From positions 14,707-76,212 of the forward strand of contig JAURAC010000014.1 in NCBI GenBank assembly GCA_030586555.1: 61,506 nt of DNA, in the 5' to 3' direction. Of the stretch, positions 1-8,668 are shown in pieces; within the stretch, counting starts at the first letter, position 1, and each line of letters opens with the position of its first letter. Source of the DNA: Candidatus Subterrananammoxibius californiae (GTDB taxonomy: Bacteria > Planctomycetota > Brocadiia > Brocadiales > Subterrananammoxibiaceae). Under the pieces are notes generated by a model. The model worked only from the letters and a program-made list of their open reading frames with translations, searched no databases and was not told the origin of the DNA. Both the position numbers and the translations under genes were made by a program.

Positions 1-1421
1 TTTGCAGTGATTGCCGCTGAACCTCCGAGCACACCAGCAAGGTTTAATCGCTGTGCATAAATGTCGTAATTACCACTGCGGCTATCCTCCCATACGATTA
101 TTGCCCCTCCAGTATTATCGCTGACAATGGCAGGGCTACCCTGAGACCGCTGTGCAGCAGATACGGAGACACCGTTAGCAGCCCACAGTACGGCACCCCC
201 TGCATCTACCCTCTGAGCGTAAACGTCTGCCGATGGGTTGCGGAAATCTTCCCACGCAATGATAGCCCCGTTAGAGCCATCGGTAGTAATAGTAGGGGCA
301 TATTGCCAGTCTATCCCTACGCCGACAGGCACACCGCTGCTTAACCACATTATTGTCCCATTTGCATCTACACGTTGTGCAAAGATATCAATATTGTTTG
401 CATCTCGGTAGTTCTCCCATGTAATGATAGCCCCGCTTGCTCCATCATTTATGATTACGGGATTCTCCTGGTCAATAGCTGTCTTGCAGATAGGTACGCC
501 ATTTTTCGGTGTCCATAATAGTGACCCGCTTGCGTTTATGCGTTGTGCAAAGAGGTCATAATTAGTATTACGGTCATCCACCCATATAATAATAGCTCCC
601 CCTGCTCCGTCTGCAGTGATAACAGGTGTTAACTGGTCTAAGGATGCATTACAAACCGCCAGACCTTCAAATCCCCATTGAGCGACTCCATTTACATCTA
701 CCTTCTGAGCATAAATATTTGCGTCTCCTCCGCCAAGAAATTGATGCCATACTGTAATTGCCCCACCAGTTCCATCAGGAGCAATATCAGGGCTGAGTTG
801 ATTTTTTGCACCTGTTGCAATACCCACCCCGTCCACTGTCCACTGAACGACTCCATTTATATTCACCCGCTGAGCATAAATATCCCAGTCATTGCCGGAA
901 CGCCAGTCCTGCCAGACAATGATAAACCCATCTGTACCATCATAAACGACCTTGTGAAGCCATTGTGAATTTGCTGCGGTACAAATGGATATGCCATCGG
1001 TAGCCCACTTTATAACCCCATGCTCATCCACACGTTGAGCATAAATATCGCTATTACCGCTACGACGGTCCTCCCAGACGATAACTGCCCCGCCAGAGCC
1101 GTCACTAACGGCTGTAACATCCCTCCTATCGCCAGGGGCAGTGCAAATAGCCACACCATTGGCATCCCACCGAATAGACCCGCTTGCATCTATCCGCTGG
1201 GCATAAATTCCAACGTTTGCGCCATTGCGTTCGTCACGCCATACTACGATAGCTCCACCAGAATCGTCTGTAGTAATGACGACATCTGTCTGGCTACCTT
1301 GCGATGTGCATACGGGAACATTAACTTTAGAATCACTTGGCCATTCAGCAAGCACATCAACTTCTAATGTAAGCAGGAAAATGTACAGTGTTATTAATGT
1401 AGTAGATATAATTCTTTTCAT
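1..1421 (-). CDS. Secreted beta-propeller repeat protein (partial, runs off left edge; not in ORF track)
   Basis: Manual translation from ATG at 1421: MKRIISTTLITLYIFLLTLEVDVLA (signal-like), then 8 repeats of ~55 aa, consensus DGxGGAIIVWEDxR..DIYAQRVDxxGxxxW; no stop before the edge. Confidence 0.9.
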   Translation of the reverse strand, partial: MKRIISTTLITLYIFLLTLEVDVLAEWPSDSKVNVPVCTSQGSQTDVVITTDDSGGAIVVWRDERNGANVGIYAQRIDASGSIRWDANGVAICTAPGDRRDVTAVSDGSGGAVIVWEDRRSGNSDIYAQRVDEHGVIKWATDGISICTAANSQWLHKVVYDGTDGFIIVWQDWRSGNDWDIYAQRVNINGVVQWTVDGVGIATGAKNQLSPDIAPDGTGGAITVWHQFLGGGDANIYAQKVDVNGVAQWGFEGLAVCNASLDQLTPVITADGAGGAIIIWVDDRNTNYDLFAQRINASGSLLWTPKNGVPICKTAIDQENPVIINDGASGAIITWENYRDANNIDIFAQRVDANGTIMWLSSGVPVGVGIDWQYAPTITTDGSNGAIIAWEDFRNPSADVYAQRVDAGGAVLWAANGVSVSAAQRSQGSPAIVSDNTGGAIIVWEDSRSGNYDIYAQRLNLAGVLGGSAAITA

Positions 1422-1438
1422 CCAATTATCCTACAATC

Positions 1439-1537
1439 GGTAGACAACGATGTTTATCACCCCTGATTAAATCAGGGGTGAAATCAACGGACGTAAAGCT
1501 GAAAGCCCGCCATTTTTGGGTGGGTTCGTTGTCTATC
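1439..1537. repeat. GGTAGACAACG...CGTTGTCTA(T/C)C palindromic element with extra nested hairpins
   Basis: Same terminal inverted repeat as copies at 32562, 41215, 57598 and 60548; contains hairpin TCACCCCTGATT-AAATCAGGGGTGA. Confidence 0.8.
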
Positions 1538-1554
1538 TTTTTATTAAAAAGATT

Positions 1555-1570
1555 AGCATATTTCATGCCA
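1555..1570 (-). promoter_or_regulatory. Putative sigma-54 (-24/-12) promoter
   Basis: Minus strand TGGCATGAAATATGCT has GG-N10-GC spacing, upstream of the 1421 gene. Confidence 0.6.
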
Positions 1571-1717
1571 TTTAAATGGGGACACATCCCATTTATTAAT
1601 TACCACATCTTTTAGTCCTCCCTTTATACTCTAAAGACAAAATTACGCCTTAGTTTTTCAGAAAGTGTTTGCAGAGGGCTTTTCATCTCCAATAAATGGG
1701 ATGTGTCCCTATTTAAA
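1571..1717. repeat. 27-bp inverted repeat pair (MITE/REP-like)
   Basis: 1571-1597 TTTAAATGGGGACACATCCCATTTATT vs reverse complement of 1691-1717, 26/27 identical. Confidence 0.75.
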
Positions 1718-1913
1718 AAATATGTTAAAAGTTTCTTGCCTGTTTCTTTGAAAAGGAAAGTAGGTTTTTAACTTGAAAGAAGAGAAAAGACCCTGTAAAA
1801 TCCTCTTATCTTCCTGATAAAGGTAAGCAATAAACTTTTGTATCCTTACGGGGAGGATGCCTAACTACGATATGTTAGCTTTTTTGTCTTACCTTTTTCA
1901 GAAACAGGTACGT

Positions 1914-2561
1914 ATGATAAAGGCTGCAATCTTTGACCTTGATAACACATTGCTTAAATGCCGTTCGTCTGAACGATTATTCTTTAAGTATTTAGTAATT
2001 CATCGTATTATTACTATCAGGGATGTATTTCGAATAGCATCTGCTTTTTTAGGAAGATTATTCAGATTAAAGGGCATTTACGTAAGGGAAAACAAGTTTT
2101 ACCTTAAAGGTAAGGACATGGAGGTTGTTAAGGACGCTGCTTCAAGATTCTTTAAGGAAAGGCTCGTGCCTATTATTTCCTGCAATGCTATGGAGGAACT
2201 CAAAAAAAAGAAAGAGGATGGGTTTTTAATCATACTGTTATCTGGCACCATTGGCGTTCTACTCAAACACTTTGAAGATTATTGCGGTGCCGACCTTGCA
2301 GTGGGAAATTTACTGGCATCTGTAAATGGTCATTTTACAGGCGAAATTGAAGGCATTCATCCTTACGGCAATGGAAAGGCGATCGTGCTTAAGAAATTAG
2401 CTGAAGAAAAAGGAATAGACCTTTCTGAATCTTATGCCTATGCAGACCGTTACGTTGATATTTACCACATGAAACTTGTAGGTCATCCCGTTGCAGTAAA
2501 TGCCCGGGGAAGGTTTCTCAGGTATGCAAAAAGGAACAACTGGCAACTTACCTTTTTTTAA
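1914..2561 (+). CDS. HAD-superfamily subfamily IB hydrolase (SerB-like phosphatase)
   Basis: FDLDNTL motif I, LSG motif II, K motif III, AYADRYVD motif IV; ATG 1914 preferred over 1857. Confidence 0.85.
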   Translation: MIKAAIFDLDNTLLKCRSSERLFFKYLVIHRIITIRDVFRIASAFLGRLFRLKGIYVRENKFYLKGKDMEVVKDAASRFFKERLVPIISCNAMEELKKKKEDGFLIILLSGTIGVLLKHFEDYCGADLAVGNLLASVNGHFTGEIEGIHPYGNGKAIVLKKLAEEKGIDLSESYAYADRYVDIYHMKLVGHPVAVNARGRFLRYAKRNNWQLTFF

Positions 2562-2686
2562 ATTGACAGTGCTGGCATGTACTTGTTAGGATGGAGGGCA
2601 CGACTTATGCCTGCCCTATCAGGCAACCCGTCCACCTTTTGCGTATTGCTTCTTACAGTGAGTATGCAGGTTAGAATTTATGTGGC

Positions 2687-2775
2687 TAACCCCGTTAGAA
2701 AACTATGCCAAAGAACTTCTTAGTAAAGTTAGGGAGTTTTATCGATCTCTTTAAAGTAGTTTTCTAACGGGGCTA
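2687..2775. repeat. Inverted-repeat element ACCCCGTTAGAAAACT...AGTTTTCTAACGGGGC
   Basis: ~16-bp terminal inverted repeats flanking ~50 bp directly upstream of lysC. Confidence 0.7.
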
Positions 2776-2788
2776 ACAGGGGTTTGAA

Positions 2789-4033
2789 ATGGGACTAATT
2801 GTGCAAAAATTTGGTGGCACTTCAGTGGCTGATGCAGAACGCATTATGGCTGCGGCGCAAAGGGTTGTTAAAACATATCAGGCTGGTAATAAGGTTGTAG
2901 TGGTCGTTTCAGCCCGTGGTCAGACGACGGACGAGTTAATTGACCTTGCTTACGAGGTATCTGACAACCCTTCTACCAGGGAGTTGGACATGCTTTTGTC
3001 CACTGGTGAGCAGGTATCCATTGCACTCGTGGCAATGGCTATCCATGCGCTTGGATACCCTGCTATCTCATTTACGGGTGGACAGGTAGGGATAATTACC
3101 GATAGCTATCATACAAAGGCGAGGATTAAAAATATAAGCACAAGAAGGATTACTGAAGAGCTGAATAAAGGAACAATAGTCATAGTTGCAGGCTTCCAGG
3201 GTGTTGATGCCGACTATAATATTACGACACTTGGCCGCGGCGGTTCAGATACCACCGCAGTAGCCTTAGCAGCCATAATGAAGGCTGAGAGGTGTGACAT
3301 TTTTACTGACGTTAATGGCATATACACCGCAGACCCGAGGCTTGTACCCGAGGCAAGAAAACTAAGTCGAATTTCATACGATGAAATACTGGAACTGGCA
3401 AGTATGGGAGCTCAAGTGATGCAGTCCCGTTCCATAGAGTTTGCAAAAAAGTATGACGTGCCTATCCACGTCAGGTCAAGTTTTAGTGATACTGAAGGAA
3501 CATTAATATGCAAGGAGGGTAAAGAGATGGAAGATATTGTAGTAAGCGGGGTAACCGTAACAAAGGATGAAGCAAAGATAACGATTCGTGGAATCCCCGA
3601 CAGGCCTGGTCAAGCGGCGATAATCTTCCATGAGCTTGCAAAGAAGAATGTTAATGTGGATATGATTATACAGAATACCAGCGCAAATAACCTTGCAGAT
3701 GTTACATTCACTGTATCTAAGAAGGATGCCAAAGAGGCTCTTAAGACCGCCGAAAAGATAAAGGAGGAAATCGGCGCAAGGGAAGTTAATTCAGACAGCA
3801 AGATAGCCAAACTCTCAGTGGTTGGGATTGGCATGCGTGGCCATTGCGGTGTTGCAGAAAAGATGTTTAGCGCATTAGCAGAGGAGAAAATCAATATACA
3901 AATGATTAGCACATCGGAGATTAAGATATCCTGTGTTATTGATGAGTCGCATGCCGAACGAGCATTGCGTGTTGTTCATCATGCCTTTCAGTTAGATAAG
4001 ATTCCAAGTGCAAATTTAGTGACTCACCACTAA
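2789..4033 (+). CDS. lysC: Aspartate kinase (two ACT domains)
   Basis: VQKFGGTSV, TTLGRGGSDTTA, ISTSEIKIS motifs. Confidence 0.97.
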   Translation: MGLIVQKFGGTSVADAERIMAAAQRVVKTYQAGNKVVVVVSARGQTTDELIDLAYEVSDNPSTRELDMLLSTGEQVSIALVAMAIHALGYPAISFTGGQVGIITDSYHTKARIKNISTRRITEELNKGTIVIVAGFQGVDADYNITTLGRGGSDTTAVALAAIMKAERCDIFTDVNGIYTADPRLVPEARKLSRISYDEILELASMGAQVMQSRSIEFAKKYDVPIHVRSSFSDTEGTLICKEGKEMEDIVVSGVTVTKDEAKITIRGIPDRPGQAAIIFHELAKKNVNVDMIIQNTSANNLADVTFTVSKKDAKEALKTAEKIKEEIGAREVNSDSKIAKLSVVGIGMRGHCGVAEKMFSALAEEKINIQMISTSEIKISCVIDESHAERALRVVHHAFQLDKIPSANLVTHH

Positions 4034-4146
4034 TAGTATAAAGATAACGCCCAATCCGTTCACTAATTCGAATGCAAATTTCAGATTGCGGTTTTCGAGA
4101 TTATTCCGCAATCGCCATAATGTCCATTTTTAGACCAGGAGGGAAG

Positions 4147-4488
4147 ATGGTGAAAAAAATAGAAGCAATAATTCGTCCAGAAAAAATTAATTTTGTTAAG
4201 GCATCCCTGGAAGGGTTAGGCTATCCAGGAATGACGGTGACAGAGGTTAAGGGTCACGGCAGTCAAAAAGGGATTACCGAAATATGGAGGGGTAGGTGCT
4301 TCAAGGTGGAATTCTTACAAAAGCTCAAAATAGAGATTGTTGTTACAGATGCAGATGTGAAAGAGATTGTCCAAACCATTGTGCGGGAGGCACGTACTGG
4401 CAGTATTGGAGATGGTAAAATCTTTGTATCCAATGTTGAGAATGCCGTACGCATTAGAACTGGCGAACAAGGTGACAGTGCCGTTTGA
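4147..4488 (+). CDS. glnK: Nitrogen regulatory protein P-II
   Basis: KIEAIIRPEK, GxGxQKG T-loop, TGSIGDGKIFV, IRTGE; directly upstream of amt; ATG 4147. Confidence 0.93.
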   Translation: MVKKIEAIIRPEKINFVKASLEGLGYPGMTVTEVKGHGSQKGITEIWRGRCFKVEFLQKLKIEIVVTDADVKEIVQTIVREARTGSIGDGKIFVSNVENAVRIRTGEQGDSAV

Positions 4489-4636
4489 AAAAACGTTATT
4501 GCGGGCATGCTATTACGCAGGTTAATCCTTTAATAAGCTCTGGACAATAACCTGAGACTACCATGCCGAATGAATTAATAAAAAGGGTGTAGAGTTTGAT
4601 AACTCACATAAGAACTTATAGAAAGGGGAGGGGAAA

Positions 4637-5938
4637 ATGGTTGAGGTTTTGGCGAGGGATATATTATTAATCGTTTATATGCTGTGGTTAATCACTACGG
4701 GAGCGCTCGTCTTCTTCATGCAGGCAGGTTTTGCTTTTCTGGAAGGTGGGCAGGTGCGCTCGAAGAACTCTACACATGTTTATATGAAGATGTGTACAAA
4801 TATAGGCATCGGTACACTTGTATGGTGGCTCTGGGGATACGCCATCTTCTCGGGAAACTGGAACTATTGTTTACTGGGCGTGCAGGACCCCGCAAGCGTG
4901 GACTGGCTGAACACCTTCGGTCATTGGTATACAATGTGGGGATTTTGCATAGTCTCCTGCGCAATTGCCTCAGGCTCAATTAGTGAAAGGTTTTCCTTTT
5001 CAGGTTATATAATATATGTGATATTATATTGTGGGTTTATGTATCCGTTCTTTGGATGGCTTGCATGGTCTGCTGGTCCACTCCTCCAGTGGGGATATAT
5101 TGATTACGCAGGGTCGGTGGTGGTTCACTTTCACGGTGGTTTAACTGCTTTGCTCGCTGCAATGATAGTGGGACCGAGACTCGGTAAATACAGCAAGCTT
5201 AAGAAGTGTGGCTGGCTGTTTGAGTTTGGTGCAGGAGAGTGTAAGACATATCCAGGTCATAACGTTGCACAGATGATGCTTGGTGTGTTTATCCTCTGCG
5301 TATGTTTTTACGGATTTAACGTTGGTTCCGTACTAATCGGCAGCCTTTGTGAACCATCAACTGAGGCTACAGCAAGGAGGATGATTGAAATACTTGCAGC
5401 CGACCTTCCTACGACAACCCTGAATACCACAATGTGCATGGCAGGTGGGGTATTTGGTGCAATGTTTGGTGGTTGGCTTATAAACGGGAAGTCGGACCCG
5501 CTAAGTACAGGTAACGGCGCCATTGCAGGGCTTGTGGCAATCTGCTCTGGCGTGGCATTCGTGCATCCAGGTTTTGCCTATATATTAGGTGTAGCTTGTG
5601 GCGCAATTATACCTCTGGTTGTAAAATCACTGGACAAGATTGGTATTGATGATGCAGTGGGTACGTGCGGCGTTCACTGCACCGCAGGCGCAATTGGTGG
5701 GCTTGCCACAGGGGTCATGGGACTTATCCGGAATACTTACCACGGGGTTACGTCAAGTATGGGCGTTCAGACTCTGGGTTTTATTATATGTATTGGCTAT
5801 ACTGCCATTTGCGCAATCATCCTCTTCGGTGGCTTTAAGGCGGTAGGATTGGCAAGGGTAACCGAAGGGGAAGAGACCACAGGTCTCGATTTGGCAGAGC
5901 ACAAGACACCCACATATCCTGAATTTGTCATCCGTTAA
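4637..5938 (+). CDS. amt: Ammonium transporter (Amt family)
   Basis: FMQAGFAFLEGG, DYAGSVVVH, GFNVGS, DDAVGTCGVH (twin His), EETTGLD C-terminal motif. Confidence 0.95.
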   Translation: MVEVLARDILLIVYMLWLITTGALVFFMQAGFAFLEGGQVRSKNSTHVYMKMCTNIGIGTLVWWLWGYAIFSGNWNYCLLGVQDPASVDWLNTFGHWYTMWGFCIVSCAIASGSISERFSFSGYIIYVILYCGFMYPFFGWLAWSAGPLLQWGYIDYAGSVVVHFHGGLTALLAAMIVGPRLGKYSKLKKCGWLFEFGAGECKTYPGHNVAQMMLGVFILCVCFYGFNVGSVLIGSLCEPSTEATARRMIEILAADLPTTTLNTTMCMAGGVFGAMFGGWLINGKSDPLSTGNGAIAGLVAICSGVAFVHPGFAYILGVACGAIIPLVVKSLDKIGIDDAVGTCGVHCTAGAIGGLATGVMGLIRNTYHGVTSSMGVQTLGFIICIGYTAICAIILFGGFKAVGLARVTEGEETTGLDLAEHKTPTYPEFVIR

Positions 5939-5948
5939 TTTTCAATAA

Positions 5949-6008
5949 GGTAGGGGCGTATTTTCGTGCCTGAGGCAGATTCGCCGTGGCGAACAATACG
6001 CCCCTACC
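5949..6008. repeat. GTAGGGGCG...CGCCCCTAC REP-like palindrome with a second palindromic element in its loop
   Basis: Outer arms GGTAGGGGCGTATT / AATACGCCCCTACC; inner TTCGTGCCTGAGGCAGATTCGCCGTGGCGAA. Confidence 0.85.
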
Positions 6009-6021
6009 ATCGTTTTAAAGT

Positions 6022-8667
6022 ATGGCAAAGAAATTTGTTGCAATTGTCCTTTTATCGTTTGCATGTTGGGCAGGGTGGCACGGACAAATTTGTTTGTCCG
6101 TGCCGCAACCCAAGGAAGCTCCTACCCAGGTAGAGGCTATCTATCAATTGGGCATGTCATACGCAAAGAAAGGGCTTATTGACCTTGCTATAAAGAGATT
6201 TGAAGAGGCAATAAATATTGACCCTAATTTTGCAGATGCGCATGCCTATCTCGGATGGGCGTATAGTCAAAAACTTGCCCCATACCTGATACGGGGAAAT
6301 GTTATTAGCCTTGCCGTCAAATCTTTTGAAGCTGCGATAAGTATCAATCCAGAGTATGCATCGTATCCCCATTTCCCCTGGGTAGAGGATAGAGAATCTG
6401 CCGTTGACCAATTAGCAGAGAGCCTTCGGGAGGCAATCCAGACCATACCAGAATATGCAGATGCACATGCAGTACTTGCCTGGGCATACGCACAGAAAGG
6501 TTTACTTAAAAACTCGATAAATGAGTACAAGAAAACACTTGAGACAGAACCCACGCCTTCCGATAGCGCACGGCTTAATCAGGCGCTTGAGGAATTCAAA
6601 ACTGCCATAGGTCTTAGACCCGATTATTCAGAAGCCCACGTAGCGCTTGGTCGTGCTTATACCCAAAAAGGTATGCTTGACGAAGCTATACTCGAGTATA
6701 AAGATGCCCTGCAAATAAAGCCCGACCTTCCTGAGGCATATATATCTCTTTCAGTTGCTTATGCTATTAAAGGGATGCTGGCTGATGCAGTACGTGAGCT
6801 GGATGCAGCCTTAAAACTTATTTCAGACACCGTTAATTCACACATTAGCACAGCATGGGAACTCGCTGAAAAAGGGATGTTTGAGGATGCTACAAAGGAA
6901 GCTGAGCAGGTATTAAACATCGAGCCCTCTAATTCGGAAGCTTATACCGTTCTTGGGTGGGTTAATGGAAGAAAAGGTATGTTAGACAAGGCTGTTGAGA
7001 AATATAGTCAAGCCATTTCAATTGACCAGAATGAATATGCAGCTCACATCCAGCTTGCATGGATATACATAAGGATGGGAAAGATGGATGAGGCGCTAAG
7101 GGCTTGTAAGATAGCCCTGGATATCGAACCCAATTACGCTGAGGCGCATGTCATGTTGGGTTGGATTTATGCACAGAAACAAATGTTTGAAAACGCTTTA
7201 GAAGAGTATACGAAAGCCCTCGACATTAATCCTGATTATCTTAAAAGACATACCAATCCTGGTTGGGCAGGGGTTGAGCTCTCCGAGAAGATAGGCGAGT
7301 CCGCAAATAATTCTGGTGGAAAAGGACCGTCCGCCCAACAGACGGCTGATTTTCAATTTGACCATATAATAGAGGAGTGTAAGGGCGCTATTGAAATGAA
7401 GCCAGATTATGCAGAAGCGCACATTGCTCTCGGATGGGCTTATTGCATGAATGGTATGCCGGAAAAAGGTCTTATGGAGTTAAACGATGCGGAGGAAGTA
7501 AATCCTAACCTTATCGAGACACATGCATTGCGGGGTTGTGCTTGCGGGCAGATAGGAAACCTGAATGCAGGCATAATCGAATTTGGTGAAGCAGCTAATA
7601 TGAAGACTGAAATGGTTGAGGAACAATTAGACGATGGATGGACAAAGGCTGATAATGGCTTGTATGAAGAGGCATTAGAAAATGCAGAAGAAGTCTTAAA
7701 ACTTGCGCCTGATAATCCTGAGGTACACCATCTTAAAGGATGGATATTCTGTATGCAAGGAATGCTTGAGAAGGCTATTGGTGAATACAAAAAAGCGTAC
7801 AGCGCTAATGCCGATTACCCCCAGGTTCATATTTATCTTGCATGGGCATATTGCCAGAAGAATATGTTCGCCACGGCGAATCTGCCTCAGGCACGGCTCG
7901 AGGAGGCGTTGGATGAGGTAAATACCGCACTGAAACTTAATCCAGAATTTGCCGAAGTATACGTCTTAATGGGCTGGATAAGTGTTAGAAAAGGTTTATT
8001 AGAGGAAGCACGTTGTTATTTCAGGAAGGCGTTAGAACTCTCGCCGAACTATGCCGACGCACACATAAATCCCGGTTGGTCAGGCAAACCCAAGGGTATG
8101 TTTAACTATGCAATAAAGGAACTAAACGATATAGTGGACCTCAAACCGGCTTGTGCAGAGGCTTTTGCACGCCTCTCCCGGTTGTACGCACAGAACGGTA
8201 TGGTTGATAAAGCTATCGAGGTATCAAAGAACGCAATTAAAATTATGCCTCCCCTTCATGAGGCACACATTGAGCTTATTTGTGCTTATGCCCAGAAGGG
8301 TTTGCTTGACGACGCTATAAAGGAATGCGAAACAGCCCAAAATGTTGCGTCTATTTACGTGGAGTCGTATCTTTATAGAGGAAAATCTTTTCAAGAAAGA
8401 CGTCTTTTCGATGACGCCATATCTACATACAATGAAATTTTGAACATTAACCCGCGTTTTCCCCAGGCACACTATCTCCTTGCGCATGTTTATAGGGAAA
8501 AGGGTCTTATAGACCTTGCAATCGAGGAATACCAGAAGGCAATAGAAGGTGATATTGCTAACCCTGAGGCTTATTCTTCACTTGCGGATGCCTATAAACA
8601 AAGAGGTCTAAATAATCTTGCGAGAATTACCCGTAAAGAAGCCGAGAAAATAAAACAGCATAAATAA
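6022..8667 (+). CDS. Large exported tetratricopeptide-repeat protein
   Basis: N-terminal hydrophobic signal; many AEAH..LGWAY..KG....A...Y..AL.I.P repeats. Confidence 0.92.
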   Translation: MAKKFVAIVLLSFACWAGWHGQICLSVPQPKEAPTQVEAIYQLGMSYAKKGLIDLAIKRFEEAINIDPNFADAHAYLGWAYSQKLAPYLIRGNVISLAVKSFEAAISINPEYASYPHFPWVEDRESAVDQLAESLREAIQTIPEYADAHAVLAWAYAQKGLLKNSINEYKKTLETEPTPSDSARLNQALEEFKTAIGLRPDYSEAHVALGRAYTQKGMLDEAILEYKDALQIKPDLPEAYISLSVAYAIKGMLADAVRELDAALKLISDTVNSHISTAWELAEKGMFEDATKEAEQVLNIEPSNSEAYTVLGWVNGRKGMLDKAVEKYSQAISIDQNEYAAHIQLAWIYIRMGKMDEALRACKIALDIEPNYAEAHVMLGWIYAQKQMFENALEEYTKALDINPDYLKRHTNPGWAGVELSEKIGESANNSGGKGPSAQQTADFQFDHIIEECKGAIEMKPDYAEAHIALGWAYCMNGMPEKGLMELNDAEEVNPNLIETHALRGCACGQIGNLNAGIIEFGEAANMKTEMVEEQLDDGWTKADNGLYEEALENAEEVLKLAPDNPEVHHLKGWIFCMQGMLEKAIGEYKKAYSANADYPQVHIYLAWAYCQKNMFATANLPQARLEEALDEVNTALKLNPEFAEVYVLMGWISVRKGLLEEARCYFRKALELSPNYADAHINPGWSGKPKGMFNYAIKELNDIVDLKPACAEAFARLSRLYAQNGMVDKAIEVSKNAIKIMPPLHEAHIELICAYAQKGLLDDAIKECETAQNVASIYVESYLYRGKSFQERRLFDDAISTYNEILNINPRFPQAHYLLAHVYREKGLIDLAIEEYQKAIEGDIANPEAYSSLADAYKQRGLNNLARITRKEAEKIKQHK

Positions 8668-8668
8668 A

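Noticed and set aside
678..1443. Plus-strand ORFs 678-968, 1020-1367 and 1225-1443
   Set aside because: Antisense shadows of the minus-strand propeller gene; most other short ORFs overlapping recognised genes were rejected likewise
2563..2788. Lysine or SAM-I riboswitch before lysC
   Set aside because: Hairpins and a GGCAACC are present but I could not find the full conserved cores
4072..4146. N-terminal extension of P-II (also extensions at 32542-32601, 57647-57721, 59473-59592)
   Set aside because: Encoded by intergenic repeats upstream of better-supported starts
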